The notes under the pieces are model-generated. The model saw only the letters and a list, made by a program, of their open reading frames with translations, was not told the DNA's origin and searched no databases. A program made the translations under genes and the position numbers. From Candidatus Spyradenecus sp. (GTDB lineage Bacteria; Verrucomicrobiota; Kiritimatiellia; RFP12; DVOR01): 64,000 nucleotides of DNA. This document shows, piece by piece, positions 28,077 through 37,056 of this stretch (the stretch's first letter is position 1; every line of letters starts with the position of its first letter). The stretch lies in the NCBI GenBank assembly GCA_045605345.1, contig JAZUPT010000009.1, positions 5,553 to 69,552 of the forward strand, given 5' to 3'.

Positions 28077-28483
28077 GGCGAAAAATCACCAAAATTTTCG
28101 AAAAAGTGACAAACCTGCGTAAGGGATTTTAAAGGAATTTTGAAGGGAGAAAGGGATAAAAGGGATAGAAGGGATGATGTGGGGGCGACACCGCCCCCAC
28201 ACCCCTGCGGCAGCGTAACTTATCGTAGCCCCTGTCCACCGCGGCAGGGGTGAGTCCTGCACGCTACGCATCCTAACGGATGCTTTTACTGGTGCTCACA
28301 AGAAGAAAAGAGAGGAAGAAGGGCGAGGAGTACGGGGAGCACAGCATCCCCGTTGTTCGGTGTGTCCCGAGTAGGGACGTGAGCAGGAGTCGCACGTCAT
28401 CTTTTCTCGCTTTAGAATTCGCCTTACCTCTCTTTTAAATGATATACTATTTATTCATTATTTTTTAGCCATCGAGTTTCGTC

Positions 28484-29650
28484 ATGAAATACGATTTTGA
28501 GTTTTTTGACCAACCGCTCTCGCGCGGTAAGAGTGACAGCATTAAGTGGCGCCAATATTCGGAAGATATCATTCCGTTGTGGATCGCCGACATGGATTTT
28601 CGTGCTTGCGAAGAGATTACGGAAGCATTGGTGCGTCGTGCTCGCGAGGGATGTTATGGCTATGCAGCCGACTCTGAATCTGCGATTCAAGCGATGATTG
28701 ATTATCATCGTGAACACTATGGGATTGAGATTGCACCGGAGTGGGTCTTGCCGCAACCCGGCGTGGTGACCTCCCTCAACCTTTTCTGCAAGCTTTTGCA
28801 CGAATTGCGTCCCGCCGCTTCTGACGTCTTTATCGGCGAGCCTGTGTACCACCACTTTATGTCGGCGGCAGAATTGCAACACATCCGCGAACGGAAGATC
28901 GACCTCCAGATGCAGGGTGCGCCTCTGCCTCCTTTGGAAACTTTATATCCAAAGGGCGCAGGTGGATGGATGTTCTGCAACCCTGCCAATCCGCTCGGCT
29001 ATGCGTGGCGCGAAAATGAACTGCGCGACGTCCTCACCTTCTGCCACACGAACAATCTACTGTTGGCTTCAGATGAAATTCATGGTGGGCTCGTATTGGA
29101 TGCGCCGCACACTTACAAGCCGATGCTTTCGGTGGCACAAACCGATGCCGAACGCGCCACCGTACTCACCTTTATCGCACCGAGCAAGACGTGGAATGTG
29201 CCAGGCTTGGGATGTTCCTTTGCGATTGTGCCAGACCCAGAACTCCGCCACCGCTTCCACCGTTCGTATGACCAGATTGTACCCTGCGTCAATCTCTTTG
29301 GGTGGGTGGGGGCAGAGGCCGCCTATCGTCATGGTGAACCCTGGCGTTTAGGTATGCTCGCCTACCTCCGTCGCAACCGAGACCTTATGGAACAAGCCGC
29401 TACCCAATGGCGACTGCCACTTTGCCGACTGGAGGCGACCTACCTCGCCTTTATGGACTGCTCCGAACTGCTTCCCCACCTCAACGCCGAAACGCCCGCC
29501 GCCTTCTTCCTGCGCCACGGTGTCGCCCTACATGATGGCGCCCTTTTCGGCAAGCCAGGCTGGGTGCGCATCAACCTCGCCACTCAAACCGCCCTTTTAA
29601 AGCAAGCTTTTGAACGCATGGGCAACGCCATCGCCGCATTACCGCGTTAA
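28484..29650 (+). CDS. MalY/PatB family PLP-dependent C-S lyase
   Basis: IPLWIADMDF, FCNPANP, SDEIH, APSKTWNVPGL, EATYLAFMD. Confidence 0.92.
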   Translation: MKYDFEFFDQPLSRGKSDSIKWRQYSEDIIPLWIADMDFRACEEITEALVRRAREGCYGYAADSESAIQAMIDYHREHYGIEIAPEWVLPQPGVVTSLNLFCKLLHELRPAASDVFIGEPVYHHFMSAAELQHIRERKIDLQMQGAPLPPLETLYPKGAGGWMFCNPANPLGYAWRENELRDVLTFCHTNNLLLASDEIHGGLVLDAPHTYKPMLSVAQTDAERATVLTFIAPSKTWNVPGLGCSFAIVPDPELRHRFHRSYDQIVPCVNLFGWVGAEAAYRHGEPWRLGMLAYLRRNRDLMEQAATQWRLPLCRLEATYLAFMDCSELLPHLNAETPAAFFLRHGVALHDGALFGKPGWVRINLATQTALLKQAFERMGNAIAALPR

Positions 29651-29692
29651 TTGACCGCTTGATCACACGTCACCCCCAATTAAGGATTTCTC

Positions 29693-31033
29693 ATGTCTAC
29701 TTTCGCCTTCCACACTTACGGTTGCCAAATGAATGTCCGCGAGAGCGAAGCCGCCGCTAAGGCGTTGCTTGACGCAGGTCACACCGAAGCGCCAGACGAA
29801 GCCTCTGCCGATATCATCATTGTAAACTCCTGCTCTGTGCGTGGAAAGGCTGAAGATAAGGCGCTTGGGAAGTTGGGCCTTCTCTGCGCCACCAAGCGCG
29901 AACGTCCAGGACGCGTGGTGGGCCTCATGGGCTGCATGGCGCAACGCATGGGCAAGGAAATCTTTAAGAAGATTCCACTCTTGGATTTTGCCATTGGGAC
30001 GCGATGCGCAGATCGCGTAGCCCCCGCAGTGGAAGCGGCACTTCAAGGTCGCACCACCCTCGCTTTGACCGACCTGCACGAACGCCCAGACGCGCCGAGC
30101 GGCCACGTCTACGGCGGCGGTTTTTCGGCCTTTGTAACGATTTTATTGGGTTGCAATCGCCGCTGCACCTACTGCATCGTGCCTGACGTGCGTGGCGATG
30201 AATGGAACCGTCCTGCGCGTGATGTGATTGCAGAAGTGCGTGAGTTGGCGGCACATGGCGTGAAGGAAGTTACTTTGTTGGGCCAGTCCATCATGAACTA
30301 CGGCCTGCGCACCCCCGCCTTTGACGAACAAGACCCGCCCTCTCCTGGCGGCTACACCCTTCCCTTCCCGCGCCTTTTAGAAGCAGTCGCCGCCATTGAT
30401 GGCATTGAGCGCATCCGTTTCACGAGCGGCCACCCCTCTGGCGTGACAGATGAACTCATTCGCCTCTACCGCGAAGAACCCAAACTCTGCCACCACCTCC
30501 ACCTGCCAGTGCAGAGTGGTTCCACCGAAGTCCTCTCACGGATGCGTCGCGGGTACACCCGTGAACGCTACTTGGAAGCCATTCAAAAATTGCGCGATGC
30601 AGTACCAGATATCGCCATCACCACCGACGTGATTGTCGGCTTCCCCGGCGAAACCGAAGCCGACTTCGAAGCCACGCGCACCCTCATGGCAGCGGCGAAA
30701 TTTGACAATGCCTTCATCTTCAAGTACAGCCCCCGCCCTGGCACCGTCTCTGCTACGTGGGAAGACGACATCTCCGATGCCGAAAAGGCGCGCCGAAATC
30801 AGGTGCTTTTGGGCGACCAAGATGTCCGCGGTGCGCAGCAGAACCAGGCCCTTGTCGGTCAAACGGTGGAAGTTCTCGCCGAAGGTCCCAGCCTGCGCAA
30901 TAAGGCACGTTGGTCTGGACGCACCTCCTCCAATAAGATTGTCATCTTTACCCCGCCAGAAGGCATTCGTCTGGGAGATTTAGTGAAGCTCACCATCACG
31001 AAGGCGGCTCCGCAAACGCTCTACACCGAATAA
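29693..31033 (+). CDS. miaB: tRNA-2-methylthio-N6-dimethylallyladenosine synthase
   Basis: TYGCQMN, NSCSVRGKAE, GCMAQ, GCNRRCTYCIVP, HLPVQSGS, C-terminal TRAM domain. Confidence 0.95.
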   Translation: MSTFAFHTYGCQMNVRESEAAAKALLDAGHTEAPDEASADIIIVNSCSVRGKAEDKALGKLGLLCATKRERPGRVVGLMGCMAQRMGKEIFKKIPLLDFAIGTRCADRVAPAVEAALQGRTTLALTDLHERPDAPSGHVYGGGFSAFVTILLGCNRRCTYCIVPDVRGDEWNRPARDVIAEVRELAAHGVKEVTLLGQSIMNYGLRTPAFDEQDPPSPGGYTLPFPRLLEAVAAIDGIERIRFTSGHPSGVTDELIRLYREEPKLCHHLHLPVQSGSTEVLSRMRRGYTRERYLEAIQKLRDAVPDIAITTDVIVGFPGETEADFEATRTLMAAAKFDNAFIFKYSPRPGTVSATWEDDISDAEKARRNQVLLGDQDVRGAQQNQALVGQTVEVLAEGPSLRNKARWSGRTSSNKIVIFTPPEGIRLGDLVKLTITKAAPQTLYTE

Positions 31034-31056
31034 TCCTTTTTATAAGGAGATTTTTT

Positions 31057-32274
31057 ATGAAAAACTGCTTTACACTCGCAGCACTTCTCATTGCAACGCT
31101 TTGCTTTGCGGCCCCCAAAAATATCATCATTATGATCCCTGACGGCACGGGGCACGCCTCTCTCACCGCCGCACGCCAACTCAAAGGTGCTCCGCTCGCA
31201 ATTGACGCTGCCATTTACGGTATCATCTCCACGCGCTCTGCAGATAATAGCGTGACCGACTCCGCGGCGGCTGCCACCGCAATGGCCTGCGGCCAACGCA
31301 CCTACAATAGCGCCATCGGTGTAAGCCTCCAGCAGGTCCCGCTTCGGTCCATCTCCGAATTAGCCTATGCACAAGGCAAAGCCGTTGGCATTGTGACGAC
31401 CGATTTGGTTACCGGCGCCACCCCCTCTGGCTTCTCTGCTCACGTCTCGAAGCGCGATCATGCCACCGACATTCTTGAGCAACAAATCGCCTCAGGCTTC
31501 GAAGTCTTCTTCGCAGGTGGCAGAAGTGCGCTAACCGATGATTTGCGCGCCTACCTCACAGAACAAGACTACACCTTCGTTGCGACGCGCGAGGAAATGA
31601 ACAAAGCCCAAGCAGACAAACTCTTCGGACTCTTTGCCCCAGGACTCCTCACTGCAGAGGTAGATCGCCGCGCAGGCGCGGGTGCGACTGAGCCGACGCT
31701 TCGTGAAATGACGGAAAAGGCACTTGATGTCCTTGCGCGCGATCCGCAAGGCTTCTTCTTAATGGTTGAGGGCGCGCAAGTTGACAAGGCCAACCACGTA
31801 CACGATTTGCCATGGGCTACCTATGACTTATTAGCCTTTGATGATGCCGTCGCACACGTGCTCGCATGGGCTGAGAAGCACCCCGACACCCTCGTCCTCA
31901 TTGCGCCCGACCACGAAACAGGCGGCCTTACCATCCTCAACGAACCCACCGAAGGCGCCCGCGCCAAAGCACTCGCAAGCGTCACAAAGAAGACGACCGG
32001 CACTGCCGCAGATTACTTCGTGGGCTATTCCACCACTTGGCACACAGGCGTGGATGTCTTCCTCGCAGGCAACACCCCCACCTGCCGACCCATGCGCAAC
32101 TGTGACATCCTTGAAGCCATCACAGGTGCCACCGCCACCATGCTCACTGAAATTCAGGGAACGACCCTCACCGAAAACGGCATTACGTGGTTGGTAACCG
32201 CCGATGGCAAACGCCTCCGCGCCCAACGCGATGCGATTTACATTCGCTCCACCGGCAAATGGTACCAACGTTAA
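31057..32274 (+). CDS. alkaline phosphatase, exported
   Basis: Signal peptide; IIMIPDG, VTDSAAAATA, ATP, FFLMVEGAQVDKANH, DHETGG. Confidence 0.92.
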   Translation: MKNCFTLAALLIATLCFAAPKNIIIMIPDGTGHASLTAARQLKGAPLAIDAAIYGIISTRSADNSVTDSAAAATAMACGQRTYNSAIGVSLQQVPLRSISELAYAQGKAVGIVTTDLVTGATPSGFSAHVSKRDHATDILEQQIASGFEVFFAGGRSALTDDLRAYLTEQDYTFVATREEMNKAQADKLFGLFAPGLLTAEVDRRAGAGATEPTLREMTEKALDVLARDPQGFFLMVEGAQVDKANHVHDLPWATYDLLAFDDAVAHVLAWAEKHPDTLVLIAPDHETGGLTILNEPTEGARAKALASVTKKTTGTAADYFVGYSTTWHTGVDVFLAGNTPTCRPMRNCDILEAITGATATMLTEIQGTTLTENGITWLVTADGKRLRAQRDAIYIRSTGKWYQR

Positions 32275-32297
32275 ACGAGTGCTTAAAAGGCAAAAAC

Positions 32298-32330
32298 AAA
32301 CGTCGAAAGGGTGACTTTTCGACGTTTTTT
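32298..32330 (+). terminator. intrinsic terminator
   Basis: AAACGTCGAAA/TTTCGACGTTT stem followed by T tract. Confidence 0.8.
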
Positions 32331-32502
32331 ATTACCCCAAAAATATTTTTGAAATTCTATTGAAATAGCCTATAGGGTTTGTTACAGTTTGGATATTCCT
32401 TACGTGTCTGAGATTCCTCCTCTTTGTGTGGAGATTTCCGTTGAAAAACGGAGACCGCGAGGCTTCCTCCCCAAAACTTAATTCTTCTACTGGTAGACTG
32501 CG

Positions 32503-35500
32503 ATGTTCAACAAATCACATCTCATTTCGAGCGGTGTCGGCGTCGTTTGCGGCGTCCTTCTCTCCGTGACCTGCTTCCTCTTCTGCGCTCAGCAGACGGA
32601 AACAAATCAAACCACACCCCCTGCGCAACTGGGCCCAACGGAAGCGCTGCCCACGCGAGCACCGCTACCGATTCCCGATGCCGCCACAACCACACCGCAA
32701 ACGGAGCACGCTACGCAACCCGTCGCCACAGTAGCACCCACGCCCAAACCTGCGCCAAAGCCGCTCTATATTTCACACGCCACCGCACCAAGTTACTCGG
32801 CAATCAAGCTCCGCGTTTTAGCGGAAGAAGAGGTTCCCTTGAGCCTCGGCAAGGACTTGTTTATTTCACCTGAGGTCTCCAACGTGAAGGTGAATTGGAT
32901 GTATTGGAACTCCTCCATTGAACTTTCCGGAGACTTCATCCCAGAGACAACCTACACGATTACGGTCAAAAAAGGCGTAGCGACGCGCTCGGGCAACTAT
33001 ATCCTTGGGGAAGACCGCACATTGACCGTCACCACTCCAAAGGCCACCCCGAATGTTCATCTCCACGGGCGCAAAGGACAGATGCCCTTCACACCAGAGA
33101 CCTCACTTCCCTGCAGTTTTATCTCCTGCGATGAAATTCAAATGGAAGTCTGGCGCGCCTTCTCCAATAACCTTATTCACTATGGTCAGTCCGCTTGGCA
33201 CGACTACCTCATGGAAAAGGTGGCCGAGCACACCTTTAAGGTGCCCCTCAATACGCGTCGTGAGCAAAACGCACTCCTCCCCATCTATACCCTTCTGAAG
33301 GGGAAGCCTGGCGTTTATCGTTTTAGAGTCTCCACTCCCAAAGGTGCCTCCTCGGAGTGCTATCTCATCTTGTCAAACATCGGTGCCACCTATGCCTACG
33401 ACCACCGCAACTTGCCAATCGTCTCTACGCAACATCTCGTGGACGGCACACCAATCGTTGGGGCGGAGGTGAGTCTCTATGATTCCTTCAATCAATGCAT
33501 TGCCCACGGCATTTCAAATGAACAAGGCATTACCGTCACCTCTCTTACGCCCGAAGCGGCCATGCGCAAAGAGCCCTTCTCGCCGACGCGTATGATTATT
33601 ACTGCGGGAGAGGATATTACGATTGTTGAGTGTGATAACGCCACCGAACACGCTGCATATCGTCCTACGCTCGACAAGATGCCAACCTTCCCGACCACCC
33701 TTTGGCCCGACCGCGATGGGATTCATCCTGGGGAAGCAGTGCAAATTTATGGTTTGATTCGGACTGCAGAGATGGATGCCGCGGCAGCATTTCCCCTCAC
33801 CATCGTATTAGAATCACCGTTCAACAACACCCTCGCCACAGAAAAGGTAATCTCCAATCAAGATGGTTACTTCACGACCTCCCTCACAATCCCCGAAGAT
33901 GGGCGCTCGGGATACTACTCCGTCTTGGCCTACGTCGGCAAAGAATTGCTCGCATCAACCGCTCTCTACGTCTCCGATTTCACCCCCAATCATGTTAAGT
34001 TAGGACTTGCCTTTGCAGAGGACTCAACGGAAAAATTAACGTTGACCGCGATGACCTACTTCGGTTCACCCGTGACTCAGGGGACGGGCTCCTACACCCT
34101 CACGGCAGCCTACGCGCCACTTCCAAATGCATGGCAAAACTGGACCATCGGTACGAACGAATCCAATCAGTGCTTACGAACCGACACGTTTACCAAAAAC
34201 TCCGACAGTGCCAACCTCTCACTCGAGGGAGTGGCGCTTGATACCCTTCAGCACTTTAATGCGCCTGTTCGCGTCAAAGCCTCGGCGACCTTTAGTGAAC
34301 CCAATAGTCGCGCCGTAACCACCACCGATACATTTGACTATGCCCACCACAAAGCCTATCTCGCCCTACGCTATGATGAAGAGACCCAGAACCTTGAACT
34401 AAAGCAATACTTCCCCAACGAGAAAGAGGTGGTGCCAGGCACCATCCAGAAGTTCACCTTGGAAGAGATCACGACCGATTACGAACTCGTACGTGAAAAG
34501 CACGGGTGGCGCTATCAATGGGTCACGCACACAACGGATGTGCCACTCAATGGCGCCTCTGCACCCTTTGATACATCGGCCATTCAGCTCACCCAAGAAA
34601 CGGTACGACGCTCCTTGGAAAATCTCGCCCCTGGCCACTATACGTTAACCGCCACCTTAAATGATACCGTCACGACCTCCATCACCTTCTGGCACAGCTG
34701 TTACTGCACTGGAGAGGCGCTTGAAAATCCCTCCAATCTCACCTTTGAGGTTGACCGAGAATCCTACAAGCCAGGCGAGACAGCCCTCGTATCCTTCACG
34801 GCACCGATTGATGGACGTATCATTATCATGGCGGGCGATAAGACGTTAACGCACGCGGGTGCAATGGACGTAACGGCAGGCGTGGTGACACTTCCTATTG
34901 AAATCCCAAGCACAACGAAACATGGCGTGTGGACCGTGGGGATTACCTTGGTTGCGAAAAATATCAACCAAGAGGCGCGCTACTTTGGCGTTGCGGAATT
35001 AAAGCTCGACCATAGCAATCACAAGCTCAATCTCGCGCTTGACCTCCCGAAGGTCACGCCTCCACAGCAGACCCTTAATCTCTCCCTCACCCTCACGGAC
35101 CAAAAGGGCGAACCCTGCCGTGGCACGGTGGCAATCTTCGCAGTGGATGAGTCGATTTTGGACGTCACTGGATTTAAAACGCCCGATCCTTACCAAGCCC
35201 TCTTCCAAATGGCCGACACGACGTTTACCTTTGGTGATATCTATGGTTCGCTGCTTCCGCAATTAAAATTGGGCGCGGATGGTCGCATCGGCGGTGACAG
35301 TGCAGAGGGCCTTAGCCGACGAAAGATTGATGACACGGTTGATGTTTCGCAAGCGACCACAGTGATTACCTTCCCCTTACAAGAGGTTGATGCCACAGGG
35401 CAGCTCACCCTCCCCGTGGAACTGCCCGAATTTGTTGGCTCCCTACGCTTCATGGCTGTTGTCACAAATGGGGAGAAGGTTGGCTCCACGGAACACACCC

Positions 35501-37056
35501 TCATTGTGCGACCGCCCGTTTCCATCACAACGGCTGGCGTGCGTTATGCCTGCGCAGGTGATGAGATGGCGTGCACGGTGCGTTTGATTAACCACGACCT
35601 TCCGGCCCAACCCTATACGTTGACCATGGGTGACCAGACCCTTCAGGGCGAATTCACACCTGGTGCAACGCGCTATCACACCTTCACACTCCCTGCTGGC
35701 GAGGCCGAAGTCACCTTAAAAACGCGTGATTTTACCACCTCGGTCACCCATCACATCGCCCTCCAAGAGGAGGTGCCGCTTTACACGCAGACGGTCATTC
35801 GGCAATTGGCAGAAGGCGAATCCCTGCCCGCCGATGCACAGCCGCTCCCCTCCCTCGCAGAGGCGCGAAAGGTGGCGCTCGAGTGGTTGGACAACTATTC
35901 CTATCGATGCACCGAACAACTCTCTTCCAAAATGTTGCCCTACTCCTTTAGCACCAATCCTGAAGAACGTGACATCGTGAGGCATTTCTTCAACGCCCTT
36001 ATGCCACGACTCCAACCTCAAGGAGGATTTAGCTTATGGCAAGGGGATTATTCCATCCATGTGCCGGCCTCCCTCTTTGCCAGTCATGTATTGATAGAAG
36101 GCCATCAGGCGGGCATCCTCTCCAACCATAACCTTGACCGCATTTTACGTTTCCTTGAAGACACCGCCACCTCTACCGATCCCGATAATCGTGGCGAAGC
36201 CGCCTATGCCGCCTTCTTGCTCGGAGAGGCGAAGGCAACCAAGGCTGCAATCTCTGCGGCACGCAACCTATTGGTGACCAATAAGGAAGATACCGCAGCC
36301 TTTGTTGCCGCGGCGACCTTGGTCTTTAATGGTGTGGCAGACGAAGGTACGCCGATTATGAAGGCTTATCTTCAGCAAAATCCCCTCCCTAAACCACTCT
36401 TGCCTGTGTATATGAATGAGGTCGCCGCACAGGCAATGGTCCTTGAATTCGCCACCCGTGCAGGCATCATTGAGGACGAACCTAAACGTCTCGCCCACCT
36501 ACTCTCACGGGAATGGGATACGACACAGTCCAATGCATGGGTGGCACGTGCCCTCGCCTATTACGGCACCCACGCCACACCCACGCTCTACCGTCAAGCG
36601 ATTCTTACGCGCGTCCTGCAGGACAATGCCCCCATCTCTGTGAAAAAAGAGATCCTCAACCGTGAAGGCAAGCCACAAACCACCTTTACACATGGTGAAT
36701 TAGCCTATGTTAGGTTGACAATTCAAACACCTGCGACAATTGCTCATCTGGCGATTCGCGACCGTCTGCCAGGTGGATTTGAGTATGAAGATGCCAATCT
36801 TGCCACACGTGAAAGTGCCACACCTCCCGCATGGGCAAAGAATGACAACTCCCTCATCATTCTGGCTAAAGAAAATCTTGGTGCAGAGTTGCGCTTCTTC
36901 GGCAAGATTTACGCAACAGAAACGAAATCACTAATCTATCCCGTTCGCGCCAGCACCAAGGGAACATTTGCCATTCCTGCCGCAGTCGCAGAGGATATGT
37001 ATCAGGCAGATATCGTGGGCGGTCATGACCCTCAAGAGACGCTCATCATTCAATGA
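32503..37056 (+). CDS. bacterial alpha-2-macroglobulin
   Basis: DR..PGE.V MG2 domain, AVDESIL, ELPEFVGSLR, thioester motif YRCTEQ, DRLPGGFE, AEDMY; upstream of pbpC. Confidence 0.92.
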   Translation: MFNKSHLISSGVGVVCGVLLSVTCFLFCAQQTETNQTTPPAQLGPTEALPTRAPLPIPDAATTTPQTEHATQPVATVAPTPKPAPKPLYISHATAPSYSAIKLRVLAEEEVPLSLGKDLFISPEVSNVKVNWMYWNSSIELSGDFIPETTYTITVKKGVATRSGNYILGEDRTLTVTTPKATPNVHLHGRKGQMPFTPETSLPCSFISCDEIQMEVWRAFSNNLIHYGQSAWHDYLMEKVAEHTFKVPLNTRREQNALLPIYTLLKGKPGVYRFRVSTPKGASSECYLILSNIGATYAYDHRNLPIVSTQHLVDGTPIVGAEVSLYDSFNQCIAHGISNEQGITVTSLTPEAAMRKEPFSPTRMIITAGEDITIVECDNATEHAAYRPTLDKMPTFPTTLWPDRDGIHPGEAVQIYGLIRTAEMDAAAAFPLTIVLESPFNNTLATEKVISNQDGYFTTSLTIPEDGRSGYYSVLAYVGKELLASTALYVSDFTPNHVKLGLAFAEDSTEKLTLTAMTYFGSPVTQGTGSYTLTAAYAPLPNAWQNWTIGTNESNQCLRTDTFTKNSDSANLSLEGVALDTLQHFNAPVRVKASATFSEPNSRAVTTTDTFDYAHHKAYLALRYDEETQNLELKQYFPNEKEVVPGTIQKFTLEEITTDYELVREKHGWRYQWVTHTTDVPLNGASAPFDTSAIQLTQETVRRSLENLAPGHYTLTATLNDTVTTSITFWHSCYCTGEALENPSNLTFEVDRESYKPGETALVSFTAPIDGRIIIMAGDKTLTHAGAMDVTAGVVTLPIEIPSTTKHGVWTVGITLVAKNINQEARYFGVAELKLDHSNHKLNLALDLPKVTPPQQTLNLSLTLTDQKGEPCRGTVAIFAVDESILDVTGFKTPDPYQALFQMADTTFTFGDIYGSLLPQLKLGADGRIGGDSAEGLSRRKIDDTVDVSQATTVITFPLQEVDATGQLTLPVELPEFVGSLRFMAVVTNGEKVGSTEHTLIVRPPVSITTAGVRYACAGDEMACTVRLINHDLPAQPYTLTMGDQTLQGEFTPGATRYHTFTLPAGEAEVTLKTRDFTTSVTHHIALQEEVPLYTQTVIRQLAEGESLPADAQPLPSLAEARKVALEWLDNYSYRCTEQLSSKMLPYSFSTNPEERDIVRHFFNALMPRLQPQGGFSLWQGDYSIHVPASLFASHVLIEGHQAGILSNHNLDRILRFLEDTATSTDPDNRGEAAYAAFLLGEAKATKAAISAARNLLVTNKEDTAAFVAAATLVFNGVADEGTPIMKAYLQQNPLPKPLLPVYMNEVAAQAMVLEFATRAGIIEDEPKRLAHLLSREWDTTQSNAWVARALAYYGTHATPTLYRQAILTRVLQDNAPISVKKEILNREGKPQTTFTHGELAYVRLTIQTPATIAHLAIRDRLPGGFEYEDANLATRESATPPAWAKNDNSLIILAKENLGAELRFFGKIYATETKSLIYPVRASTKGTFAIPAAVAEDMYQADIVGGHDPQETLIIQ

